This document shows positions 21,955 to 33,264 of a stretch of 34,724 bases of DNA, piece after piece; the first letter of the stretch is position 1, and every line of letters starts with the position of its first letter. This stretch comes from Octopus bimaculoides (Eukaryota): assembly GCF_001194135.2 (NCBI RefSeq), contig NC_068984.1, positions 37,381,831 to 37,416,554 on the forward strand. Direction: 5' to 3'. A program made the translations under genes and the position numbers. The notes beneath the pieces were generated by a model. That model was given only the letters and a program-made list of their open reading frames with translations. It searched no databases and was not told the origin of the DNA.

Positions 21955-22775
21955 TGTTGTGGTTGTCTGTAGATCTATTCCTCTTCTACAATTTTTGCTT
22001 ATCGTTTTTGACATTTAATTAAATTTTATCCTTTTTCCGTCATACGACGATGGACTGCCAAGTAGAAAAACAAATGAATATTTTTGACACCTTTTTCTCT
22101 TCGCTTTCATTGAAGGTTCCCAAGATGCCAAAGAGCTCGAGTCATTTGTGTTGTTCATGCTGTTTACGGAAAAGGTGTTTACGGAAAAGGAACTGCATAG
22201 AAATGGTGTTTATGCTTCAGGGAAGGAAGAGTAATTCACATTCTCTGCATTCCGGCCGACTTGTTCACTTGAATGAGGATTGATTGAATGAGATCATTAT
22301 TCACAAGGATCAGTGCAAATCCTCAAAGAAACATGGCCTAGAAGATGGGATGATCGTATGATATTGTTGCCCGTCACCTTCATTCGATATGTAAGGACCA
22401 AAACTCTGAAAATAAAATGCACAACGCTAATTTGACTAAAGTTGCTATTCAAAAGCTCAGTTCAGAAGTTCTACCGAATCAAGTGTATTCTCCTGATATA
22501 GCGCCTTGAGATATTTTCCATTCTCAGTCGCTCTTCAACTGTCTGCGTAGCGTTTTGTTCAGCAACATCGAAGACCTGAAAAGTAGCTTGACAAATTCTT
22601 CGAGTGAAAACCCGATGATTTTTACTGTCAAGGCATTGAGAAGGAGGTGGAACATTGGCAAATTGTGAACAATGAAAGAGAATATATCATTGACTACTTT
22701 CTTAGAATCGTTGATGAAAAGTAGAGATTAAAATAAATGGGAAAAAAACGAACGAATTTATCTGACAGCACAATA
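21955..22775 (+). mobile_element. Mariner (DD34D-type) element, internally deleted, transposase pseudogene
   Basis: N-terminus MDCQVEKQ.. at 22050, then AVYGKG..TA*KW, RHLHS. It jumps to the C-terminus ..KVAIQKLSSEVLPNQVYSPDIAP*D (YSPDI at 22486-22500) and ..NNEREYIID (ends 22694). A right TIR-like cgaacgaatttatctgacagcacaata ends at 22775; the left TIR is degraded near 21955-21985. Confidence 0.85.
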
Positions 22776-23002
22776 AAGCAATTATTTATATCGCGAGTGG
22801 ATTTTATATAAATTGACCAGAGACAGACAAAGGAACAAGGTGGTCAACGGGATATAATAACTGTCTAAGGAAGGTGGTCGTGAAAAATATCTTCAGAATG
22901 CTCAACTGGTCATTACAAGAATTTTGAATCCTGAAAACACAGACATAGACACACATCACACAAACACACATACACTCACACACAGTTATATATTACATAT
23001 AG

Positions 23003-23004
<2 letters not shown>

Positions 23005-23066
<62 letters not shown>
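23005..23066. repeat. (TG)n microsatellite running into a gap
   Basis: Direct reading. Confidence 0.97.
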
Positions 23067-23186
23067 NNNNNNNNNNNNNNNNNNNNNNNNNNNNNNNNNN
23101 NNNNNNNNNNNNNNNNNNNNNNNNNNNNNNNNNNNNNNNNNNNNNNNNNNNNNNNNNNNNNNNNNNNNNNNNNNNNNNNNNNNNNN
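23067..23186. other. Assembly gap (N)
   Basis: Run of N. Confidence 0.99.
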
Positions 23187-24079
23187 TATATATATAACAG
23201 TGTATTTCTCCCTTCGCTTCATCTCTATTACTTTATTCTATATAAGCCATACTTTATTTCTATTAACCATCTTTTTCTATTTATATTTCATATATTATTT
23301 AGTATTTAATCTTTTCTTTTGTAGCTAAAATAGTTTTTTCCCCTTGTATCGGTTCAGTTTAGTCGATATGCAAATGTTGATTTGAGTTAATTCATGCGTA
23401 CCTGCGCCTGGACGTGCGTGCCTATTTTATAGAAATCGTTTCACAAATACTTTAAACGGGTGCACCAATCAGAATCAAATTTACATCTAGTAATGTGGTA
23501 ACTTTATCCTCTGTGTGTGATTGGTTGTATGTGTGTACGTGCATGCGTGTGTGTGCAAGTGTGTCTGTGCATGAATTTGTATGTGTCTGTGTATTTTGCT
23601 AGGGAATGTCTTTAATATTTATGTATATGTGTAAATATGCATATATGCATGTATGTGAAATGAATGTATTTTGTGTCTCCTATTTTTTCTTTACTTCCTA
23701 CAATCTGAATGCCTTCAAAATAAAATGAATGTTGCCTTGCTAACCTTTGGCTGTGTTTCAGCAATATATTTCTATCATACACAAACACACATGCCCACAT
23801 ACACCAATAAAGATATACGCACTCAAACTCATACATCTACACTGAAACACACATATTAGTTTTTTATGTTATCTGTTGCTGTACGTATGTATGTATATAT
23901 GTATGTATTTATGTATGTATCCATGCATGCATGTATGTATGTATGTATGTATGTATGATCAGCACTGATGACATCAACTAAACAAGAGAAAAACTGATTT
24001 TCTTTCAGAAACTGTTGAACCAACAATAAACAGAAAAAATTAATAAACGAGTATATTTAACAAGGAAAGCTACATTGCA

Positions 24080-24400
24080 CAGGAATCCGTTGAGACGCTC
24101 AAAACCAATCTTTCTTTTATACTACAACATCGTATCTCCACCAATACTGCAACACATTTTAACTGAAAATTATATATCTTATTCATAAATTTCTCATCTA
24201 TCTTGGTCCTCGCATTCTTTTCATAGTGACATTGTTGGCACAATGGCCGGATCACTTGATATCGCAAATAGTTACCAACACAACGCCAATACCTTCACGA
24301 ATTTCTCATCGAAACACAACCCCTCAAAGCATTGTTGGTCTTTCTCCCCTCTTTCCGTTGCCAATTCAATTTCTGTTCAGTCTTCAATTCCATAAAGCTG
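24080..24400 (-). mobile_element. Possible decayed RTE-like LINE C-terminal fragment
   Basis: RPTML*G (24325-24341) resembles VRP.MLYG, followed by weak ..RTKIDE..IKERL / KKDWF matches to the RTE C-terminus. Confidence 0.38.
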
Positions 24401-24849
24401 GCCTTAAAGACAACAATATAACACACCAACTTATTTTGGTATTCATAGATAGATAGATTGAACAAATCAAAGCTAACAGGACATTGCGAAACTCTGTTAA
24501 AATATCCGGACTGTCACTCAGTATTTGACGCCCTGCTATGAAGCAAAAAAAAATAGAATCAAGAATCCTTGATTTCGTAAATACGATGGACGTAATATTT
24601 TCCATGTGTGTGTGTGTGTGTGTGTCTGTCTGTCTGTCTGTGTTTGTGTGTGTTTGTGAGTGTGTGTGAGTGTGTGTTCATTTGATAATACAAATGATTT
24701 TACATTAAAGTGAAAGTTAACTCAATACTTTAGGTACAGTACAAATGTATTATTCTGTACCATGAATAGTATTGAAACTTCGAAGTTTCAGTCAGCTAAG
24801 CCATATCGGTCTGTAGTATACTTCAGTTCATCTTGGCTTCATACAGTCT

Positions 24850-25780
24850 CCTGTTAAGTTAAACTTTTCTAGAGTAAGGTGAGCACTACTGAATGATAGT
24901 TAGTTTGTGCTATAGGTTGTTATGTAGAGGTGACATGGAGAATTTTTACTGAAAAAATTGGGGGTAGTGTTATTATTGAGAATTTATTCATGTAAAATTT
25001 TGTAATTAATTTGTGTATTTAGGTATGTCATATTCAGATCATAGGAGTTCATAAAAGCATGTATTTAGGAGGAAGGTTTATGTTGGTCAGCAGAGATGTC
25101 ACTATGTTTAGTTGCTGGTTTTCTTTGGATATTAATGGGATATCTAACTTTTTGTTTTGAGAATGTGAAGGTTAAAGCTCAGAGTTCATTCTAGTATTTA
25201 AGCCTTTGTAATTAGGTGTATTTATCTCGGCGTATCAGACTTTTGGTAATGAAGTTAAGAGTTCACAAAAGAATGCAAGTAGGTGGTAAGTTTTAGTTAG
25301 TTACTAACGATTTTTACTTGTAGTAGGTGTTATTTAGGGTTTCTCATCTGTTTGTATTGAGAGTGTGGTTAAGAATGTCATGATGTTATTAGAATGGAAA
25401 ATTTAATCTTATGCTTTAATGATTCACAAAAGGATGTAGGTATATGTAAATGCGGGTCATTAGTCTAGATGTCATTTAGTTACTATTTAGAAAGCTTTAA
25501 ACTTTTGCGTTCAAGGAGGTGAATTTTATGAGCTATATTTTATATTTCTTTTATTCAGTTTCATGCGTGAGTTTTCTATAATATATTATTTTTGATTATT
25601 GAATATGTACAAAAGTGGGCATTATAGAATATGTGCAAAAATTCTAAGCCAGTTATTCCTCCTTGCATGTGTATATTCGTAGATGAGTGAGCTAATTTTA
25701 AAAAATTTTCTGAGAATTTTTGCTCAAAATTGGTGAACTCTCAAATGATTTCTGCTGGACTTCGTGTTGTGCTATAATAT
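24850..25780 (-). mobile_element. Decayed Penelope-like element RT C-terminal region (different lineage from 17700-18545)
   Basis: IHMQGGITGLEFLHIFYNAH (about 25615-25675), YLHPFVNH*SIRLNFPF (about 25395-25445; compare YLH..SNHP.HI..NIP), LTTYLHSFVN (about 25263-25292). Strong strand-composition skew over about 900 bp. Confidence 0.5.
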
Positions 25781-25815
25781 CAGTTTTTATGTGTATTATA
25801 GAGGCAGTTTATGGT

Positions 25816-25923
25816 AAAGGTGGAGACGGGAGAGGAAAGGTGGAGACGGGAGAGGAAAGGTGGAGACGGGAGAGGAAAGGTGGAGACGGGAGAGGAAAGG
25901 TGGAGACGAGAGAGGAAAGGTGG
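25816..25923. repeat. Minisatellite, 20-bp unit AAAGGTGGAGACGGGAGAGG x5.4
   Basis: Five consecutive units with one substitution in the fifth (GACGAG). Confidence 0.98.
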
Positions 25924-27289
25924 TGGGCTATTTGTATGTTTACTCGTTAGAAAAGTCTATTGGTTTGAAATGTTATTGCATTTTGAAGATTTTGTGCTTG
26001 CCCGAATCCTACCATATTTTTACATTTACGAACCAGAATTTAAACCGAAACCCCGAATTAGTATTTTCATGCAGACTAATTAGTCTCTTCATTTATCCAT
26101 TATGATAGGACTGCTTAGACCAGTATTCAGAGCTAATGTACATCTCTAGTGATTCTTGGGGTGAATAAAAAAATTACAGTTTTCAGAGGTAATTTTTCTT
26201 CCGACATTTAAACAGAACCCGTAGAGAATTTGATACATTGCTTTAGTTCAATTGAGTTAATTAACATACCTCTTAAAATGAGAAGTGTGTGAGATATAAA
26301 CGGATCTAAGGGGAACACTTTTCATTATAGAAATACATTTGCATTAGCATTAAAATTTAATAGTTAGTCGCTTGGCATTTTTAAACTGCTCCCGCTGATT
26401 ATTATAGCAAAAGATTCTAACTTCCAAGTAACTTTATAAAATACACAGTGCAGCGCCAATACAACATACAAAATACCGATATCTGGGCTGTGCTTCTAGT
26501 ATCCCATGCAGTCAAACATCCACGTTCATTTTCTCTTCATAAGCGTCTGGAAGACTGACAAGTATAAGCAACAATAGTAAGCAGGTTTGTGTCCATAAGA
26601 AGTATGGGTTGTATTACTAATGAAACAATTTAAACAACCTTTTCTTGTACTAAAGACTGGATTTTTTCATTTCATATTGTTATTGACACAGATGCAGGAA
26701 TGTAACTTCGACTCAAAAGTTAAACAAGGCAGTGGGTGCGGTTCTCTAAGTACTTAGCTGTGCGATACACCATATTTTGCAAAGTAAAATTGGTTTTTGT
26801 CGATGGTGTTGAGGGGCAAATGTTTGAAGAATATTTTAAATATTAGAATGGACTGATCTACGCTAAACGGCACTGCTACTTAAGTCATCAAATTCATGAA
26901 GGAATCATGAACGATATGAGCGATAAAGATAAATGCGATGGGATTTAATCAGATATTGATGCAAAAAGATGCCTCTAAATGCCACTCGACTTTCTATACA
27001 TAGCAGTTAAATCACAGTGTTCTGAATATGAAGTATATTAATTTGGTGCAAACTAAAATTTATATATATATATATACAGGAATTAATCTTCTCTCCTCGC
27101 TCCTTTGCGCCACATGGACTCAACTCCGCTTCATCTGACTCTTCTTCCCTCCTCTCCTCTCTTCATCTGGCACCTAGTTCCTCTCTTCACTCCTATCCAC
27201 CTTCTCCCTTCATTAATACTCCTTCCGTCCACCCAACCCCACACATCCCATTCCCACTTACCTCACCCTAACCCCCTCATTCTCACCCC

Positions 27290-27381
27290 NNNNNNNNNNN
27301 NNNNNNNNNNNNNNNNNNNNNNNNNNNNNNNNNNNNNNNNNNNNNNNNNNNNNNNNNNNNNNNNNNNNNNNNNNNNNNNNN
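27290..27381. other. Assembly gap (N) inside C-rich low-complexity DNA
   Basis: Run of N flanked by C/T- and C/A-rich tracts (about 27085-27475). Confidence 0.99.
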
Positions 27382-27478
27382 CATATCCACCCCAAACCCC
27401 ACCCCAACACCGCCGCACCACACAGCACCACACTACCACGCCACATCGCACCACACATGCATACACACATCAACATAT

Positions 27479-27856
27479 AATAATCAAAGTGGCTAGACGC
27501 AATTCAAAACCAAAAGGAAATAATTCACCGTCACTAAAAATTGACGAAGGGTGTAGGGAGTACCAAGCATTGCTAGAATTAAGAGTCACAGACTCTTTAG
27601 CCACAGAAGCGCATGTTCTATCTGCTGACAAAGGAAATAACCTCCCCACCGCAAGCGAGTGGCATTAGACTGGCATGGTAATTTCGCATAGAAATTAATG
27701 CTCATCAGTGATGCTTACTCTGTAGCGGGTGGTGAAGCTAAATTTACTTTGTCAGCATGAATAGATTCCGCATAATGGTAATATAAAAATTATAAAATAA
27801 TTAAGGTGGATAGACTATTAATTCAAAACCAAAAAGGAAGTAATTCACAGTCACTA
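27479..27856. repeat. About 60-bp direct repeat pair (27479-27536, 27796-27856)
   Basis: aataatcaaagtggctagacgc--aattcaaaacc-aaaaggaaataattcaccgtcacta versus aataattaaggtggatagactattaattcaaaaccaaaaaggaagtaattcacagtcacta. Confidence 0.9.
27609..27771. repeat. Long imperfect palindrome (MITE-like foldback or RNA hairpin)
   Basis: tgctgacaaaggaaat pairs with atttactttgtcagca, ccaccgc with gcgggtgg, actg with cagt, gcat with atgc, and taatttc with gaaatta around a 5-nt loop (27686-27690). Confidence 0.85.
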
Positions 27857-27860
27857 TATT

Positions 27861-28030
27861 CACACACGCACACACGATGAGCTTCTTTCAGTTTCCGTCT
27901 ACCAGATCAACTCACAAGGCTTTGGTCGGCCGAAGGCTATAGTAGAAGAAACCTGCCCAAAGTGCCACGCAGTAGACTGAACCCAGAACCGTATGGTTGG
28001 AAAGCAAGCTTCTTCCCACACAGCCACGCC
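27861..28030 (-). mobile_element. 5' (tRNA head plus CORE-like) half of the first SINE family
   Basis: acgatgagcttctttcagtttccgtctaccagatcaactcacaaggctttggtcggcc...ccacacagccacgcc is highly similar to 8876-9038. It ends at the internal CA tract. Confidence 0.9.
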
Positions 28031-28994
28031 TAATCTGATCTTTATTTTGAGAATGACAGATAGCTATGGACGCGTTTTGACATCCGTTTAGCATCCTCAG
28101 CTCATAGTCAACAAACGTTTATACCCTCAATTTTTGTCTGTTGCAAACTGTCTGCTCTCGTTTAGTAAAAAAGCATTCATTTTATACTATTTCTAGTAGG
28201 AATAAATTTTATCCAACTCCTACACAAGCTTGAATTTAGCACAAAATTAGTCATTAATGCAATTCATTAGCATTTTATTGAATCCTATGGGTTCACTGAC
28301 ATGTGTGTGCACGTCAGTTTGTATGCATCTTTTTGTGAATGTGAGTGAGTGTATATGTGCATGTGTGTTTTTGTGAATTGCGCATGCATGTATATATATA
28401 CATGCACATGTGTGTGAGTGTGTGTGAAAGTGTGTGTGCCTATAGTATGAATATATATGTGTGTGTGTATGTATGTGTGTGATTGTTTTAACCTTTTCCT
28501 CATGATTTCAAATTCAGTCTCAGTACGTTTCTCTGTCCGTGTGTCTGTGTTTCTGTGTCGGTATGTTTGTGTGTATGTGTGTGTGTTGGTGTGTCTGTGT
28601 GTGTTTATACGTGCGTATGCAAGTGAGTGAGGCAACACATGGCTTTAATGTACATCATATTTGTAATACTGAAATTTTGCACGCATAGTAATTGTCAAAT
28701 AAATGGGGGAAAAAAGCATGATTTGCTTCTCACAAGCTAATCTCTCCTTCCGAAGACCGTATATTCATTATAATGCCACTTATATAAGTACATCTACATA
28801 CGTGGGACCGAAATATTGCGAGCACTTCACTTGCCCCAGCAAACCCATTCTTCAGACAGCGATTGTATCAATTGTCCCCCTTAAGAAAGGAAGGATATAT
28901 ATGTCTAGCTTCATCTTAATGTATATAATTGAAAGTATAAAAAGGAGACAAGCAAGATGCTGTAGCATTGCCTGCCTATATTTTCTGTTATGTC

Positions 28995-29200
28995 AAGTGA
29001 CACCACTGCGTGGCGCCAGATCTACTGGAAATAATAATCTAATGTTCCTTAAATCATACCCCACCGATTTCAATAAACGCTTTCTAAGATAATTTACTTT
29101 CTGATATCCAAACATGCGGTATGTTCTCGACTGAAAACGCCTTTCATTTCAGCTCGTTTCAGTCAAAGCTGATCGTGGGCTCAACAACAACAGCAAACAA
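28995..29200 (+). mobile_element. Decayed copy of a third repeat type ending in GGGCT(A/C)AACAACAAC (SINE-like tail)
   Basis: ctactggaaataataatctaatgttccttaaatcatacccc...aaacgcctttcat...gctgatcgtgggctcaacaacaac parallels 32545-32707. Confidence 0.45.
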
Positions 29201-29671
29201 GATTTTTCGAACTAAAGGAAGAAGGCTTCTGCAAGTCACTCGGATAGCAAGAGGTAGTATCCAATTATCCCTCTAATCACATCCAATTGTTTTAAATTAG
29301 GCAAGGATACAGTAAATAATGCAGTACTATACACATAAAGAAAAGCATGCTAATATATGAATCAAATAAACTTCCGGAGGGCGAAATTTCTTCTTATCTA
29401 TCTGAATATTCTACGTAACTTTCATTGAAAAAACTTGGCGTTGAATTCATTAATTTGGCTTCAGGTTTTTCTCTTGTTTCGACGAAGAAGCTCTCCCTCT
29501 CTCTTCCCCTCTCTCTTCTTCCCTCCTCTCTCTCATTCCCCCTCTCTCTAACCTTTCACAGACACATATATATAAATACATACATGCATATAGATTTAGA
29601 ATGATCGATAGAAATATACGTGCGTATTTTTATGTATGTACATATATACAAACATGTACATATACAACTAC

Positions 29672-29673
<2 letters not shown>

Positions 29674-29758
<85 letters not shown>
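29674..29758. repeat. Perfect (AG)n microsatellite
   Basis: Direct reading. Confidence 0.99.
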
Positions 29759-29760
<2 letters not shown>

Positions 29761-31134
29761 GGTAGAAATATACATAAATATATACATAAATACATACATA
29801 CATAGTGAGGAAGGGGTGGGGTAGATATAACGCAAGTGAGAGAGTCAGACAAAAGGAGAGATAGACAGACAGAGGCAGAGAGAAGACATGAATTGTTTAG
29901 AGAAGCCATACAAATATTTCATCCCTCTTGGGGAGTCGTTTGTTTTATGTTTGTGTATTGCTTTTCTTTTCGCTTTTCCAAACATTTCAGATTTCTACTG
30001 TCTTTTTGTCATGCTGTTTGTTTTTTTATTATTATTCGTTGTTGTTCTTTCTTTTAATCTATATAATCGTATTTTTTCCTCGTTATTTTTTTAGAAACTT
30101 TTTGTCATTTTCATTTGTTTATTTGACGAAAATTGCGGTTGTTTATTCTCGTTATTTTCCTTTTTTTTCCCTTTTATCTTTTGCTTAGTGTTAAATTTAT
30201 ATTTTTATTTGTTATTGTTATTATGCTTCCTTTCATTGCTGTTGTTGGTGTTACTGCCTATTGTTTGTTTCTGTTGCTTCCTATGTTACTTTTGTCGTTG
30301 CTTTAAATTTACAACGTACCGATGTTGCTGTTCCTGTTCTTAGTGTTTTAATTTTATTAGTAAGAAGAAAGAAAATAACATAGAAAAATATAAAAAGAAG
30401 AGAAAAATATTCGGTTTGTATATACTTCTATATTAAAACCAGCCACATTGTTATCCAGAATTTTAAGAAACTAAAATTTAACTTAATATACTGCAAGTAA
30501 ATCTTCGTTGGTTACGTAGAGGGTAAGACCAAAAACATAGGCAATTATTTATTTATTCATCCAATCGTATTGTTTTAAACGAAATTCACTGACGTAAACA
30601 AATATGTTTCTTTTTACATCATCATCGTCAATATCATCATCATCATCATCATTATTACTATTATCAATTTCATTTTTTTTTCTTTTTGTTAATTCATTTA
30701 CATCTAGAAGTAGTTTCGTTGAAGTTTATTGTTTTTGCTTTTATTTTGTTTTATTTTTCTTCTAATTCATGGAGTTTGTTTTGTCGTCGAAAATTTGACA
30801 ACCTATTCCAAACATTTTGTTATTTAATTTTTCTTTTCTATCTGGCTGCATCATTCAGCATGCTTGATAAATTTTACTCTTTTAGATTTTTATGTTCTCA
30901 GTAATGATAAACAAAAATCACAGAGCAACATAACATAATTTAATTTAATATTCAACTCTGAAATTTATATGCATCATTACTTAAGAAGCGATTTATATCA
31001 ATTAATTCAAGACTGATTCTTTTGTTTTTTCTTTTTTTTTTTTTTTCTTAACGATGGGAGAAACGGTTTCTGACTCCAACAGAAATTTCTTTAATATTTA
31101 CACAGCGTTCATCACTTAAAGGTTACTACCAACA

Positions 31135-31310
31135 TTTTGGTGTTATCTTAGCCAAGTTATGTCTAGTTGAGCAGGCCTTCGAACGAAGGTGTGCCAGTTG
31201 GTGCATCCTACCTCTTATTCAAACATAGTGCATCTAGGACCACATTATTCCAAGTGTCCTTCCTTTTTAATGTTTCAGAAGGATTTCGCTGATATTTCTG
31301 GTCAAACTAC
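31135..31310 (-). mobile_element. Decayed copy of the (AAC)n-tailed repeat
   Basis: The - strand aaaaaggaaggacacttggaataatgtggtcctagatgcactatg parallels 29295-29340 and 28885-28920. Confidence 0.45.
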
Positions 31311-32352
31311 TGCGTAAGGGTTCCCTTCATTTGCTCGGAGCTCGGTGCGAAATTGTAACCTATTCTTGGAGCCCTTGCAAATTAATTACCTAAGGGATTT
31401 TATCGGTTGAAAATACACTGTACTTTGTTTTTATTACCTCCTTTAGATCCATCCCTGAGAACTAATCACTCGTACGTTGTATACTGCTGCAGCTGTTTAC
31501 AATTGTGACACATAAAACCCCTTCATAACTAAAACTATTTGAGCACAGATTTACCCACGGATGAGGGTAGAGTTTAATTCGTGATTGGATACGAAACATG
31601 AAACCACATTTTAAAACTCATTCTCTGTCATCTTTGGTGGATAAAATATTGATGTAGAGAAAGGATGAACGTTGAGTAAACATTGACCAATAGTTACTTA
31701 AACACCGAAAACTTCGTCTTCACGCCAGCACCTCCTTCCAGGTGATATTGATTGAAGTCATAACTTACAGCTATAATAAGTAAATAGGATGAAACTACTT
31801 AATCGGAAATCAATCGTTTATCGCAGTCTCAGAGTGTCTACATGACAATCTGTTCATATAACCCATTTCCTGCAGACAATCCTTTGATCCTTTATTTATA
31901 ATACAATTATGTAAGTAATACTGATCCCCATCGAGCAGAGTTTTCTTTCTTTTTCCCAACGGTTTCGCTTTAGAGCTGAAAGTTAAGCGATTTGAATATA
32001 CACGATATTAGCTTCTTAGAATTAGGTATATAAGTACAATTTTTACCGGAGATTAGAATAATCGATAGCGAATATACTTGCATATTACTAATACTTATTA
32101 TTGATTTCAGTATGATAAAAGCTAAAGACTGACTTCAGAGTTTAGGGGCATAATACTAATCATTGTAAATACTTCGTCAGGATTTCTGATGCTCTGTAGA
32201 GCTGCTTCACACTCCGTAATATACGGTATAATACTGATTTTTGTTAGGCTATTAAAACTATAAAAATCAAATAAAGTTGATGGATTCTACCCTTCTATAT
32301 TACTGCTACATTTACGTGCTAACGAGGAAGCATCTACGAACTTGATCAAGAT

Positions 32353-32707
32353 GCTAGAAGTAGCAGCTAAATCTTCATACTAAAACTTGCTGTATTTTTA
32401 AAAATACAATAAACAATGTCATCGTAAGTATACTGCGCCTAAAAAATGATTGGATACTTAAGGTTAAGGTGCATTTGATCGTATAAATGTTCGGTCGTAG
32501 TTGACCCAAACAATAACAAGCCAAGGAGTAAGATTTTATGTCAATGTAAGACCTGCTAGAAGTAACAGCCAAATCTCCCTTGAATCAGATTCTTATAACT
32601 TGGCTAGTGGAGTTCTCCACACTTACATTAGATGTGAAATTTGACGATATGGGATTTGCTGAAATGCCTCTGATCAAAGGTTTGACCTAAGTCTAAACAG
32701 TAACAAC
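32353..32707 (+). mobile_element. Two partial copies of the (AAC)n-tailed repeat
   Basis: gctagaagtagcagctaaatct (32353) and gctagaagtaacagccaaatctccct (32555), ending gaaatgcctctgatcaaagg..tttgacctaagtctaaacagtaacaac. Confidence 0.55.
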
Positions 32708-32769
32708 GCTTGACATGCTTAACCAAGACCTTCATATAAAAATATAAACACGTTGACTTCCAGGTCGTA

Positions 32770-32960
32770 GGTCCTAGGGTGAGAGAGGGGGTGGGGTTAC
32801 AAGCAATAAAATTGATCCCAGATCTTGAATGGTGTTCATTTTATCGATCCTGAGAGGATAAAAGAAAGTGTAGTTCTTGATGGAAGTTGAACTCAAAATG
32901 TAAACGGAAGTAATTAACTTTTGCAAGGAACTTTATGCAGTATTCTGCCCATCGTCCTGA
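32770..32960 (-). mobile_element. Decayed SINE of the second (Meta-like) family
   Basis: ttcattttatcgatcctgagaggataaaagaaa..gttgaactcaaaatgtaa parallels 14285-14350. Confidence 0.65.
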
Positions 32961-33120
32961 AACTGAAGATAATATTAATGAACACTCTCTCTTTCTCAGT
33001 AAAACTTTCTTCGTTCGCTTTCTCTTTCTACCCCTCTCTTTCCCATTTTCTCTCCGTTTTCTCCCTCTTTCTCCAACCGTCTGACTTTGTATCTAATTTC
33101 TAGCTTTCTCTCTTTCTCTC

Positions 33121-33264
33121 CCTCCCTCTCTATCTTTATCTCTTGTTCACTCTCGTTCTTTCTCTCTTATTATTTTCCCTTTACCACTGTGGTCTCTCTC
33201 CCCTTCCCTCCCTCCCTCTCTATCTTTATCTCTTGTTCACTCTCGTTCTTTCTCTCTTATTATT
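33121..33264. repeat. 90-bp-period tandem repeat of CT-rich sequence entering the gap
   Basis: cctccctctctatctttatctcttgttcactctcgttctttctctcttattatt occurs identically at 33121 and 33211. Confidence 0.9.

Noticed and set aside
24724-24790. Short hairpin (ggtacag..ctgtacc) and perfect 18-bp palindrome tgaaacttcgaagtttca (24773-24790)
   Set aside because: Short palindromes of this size can occur by chance in 35 kb of AT-rich DNA, and there is no supporting context.
25816-25923. CRISPR-like array
   Set aside because: The units are contiguous with no unique spacers, in a eukaryotic context; it is a minisatellite.
28703-29092. 129-aa ORF
   Set aside because: It overlaps decayed copies of the (AAC)n-tailed repeat and has no recognisable domain.
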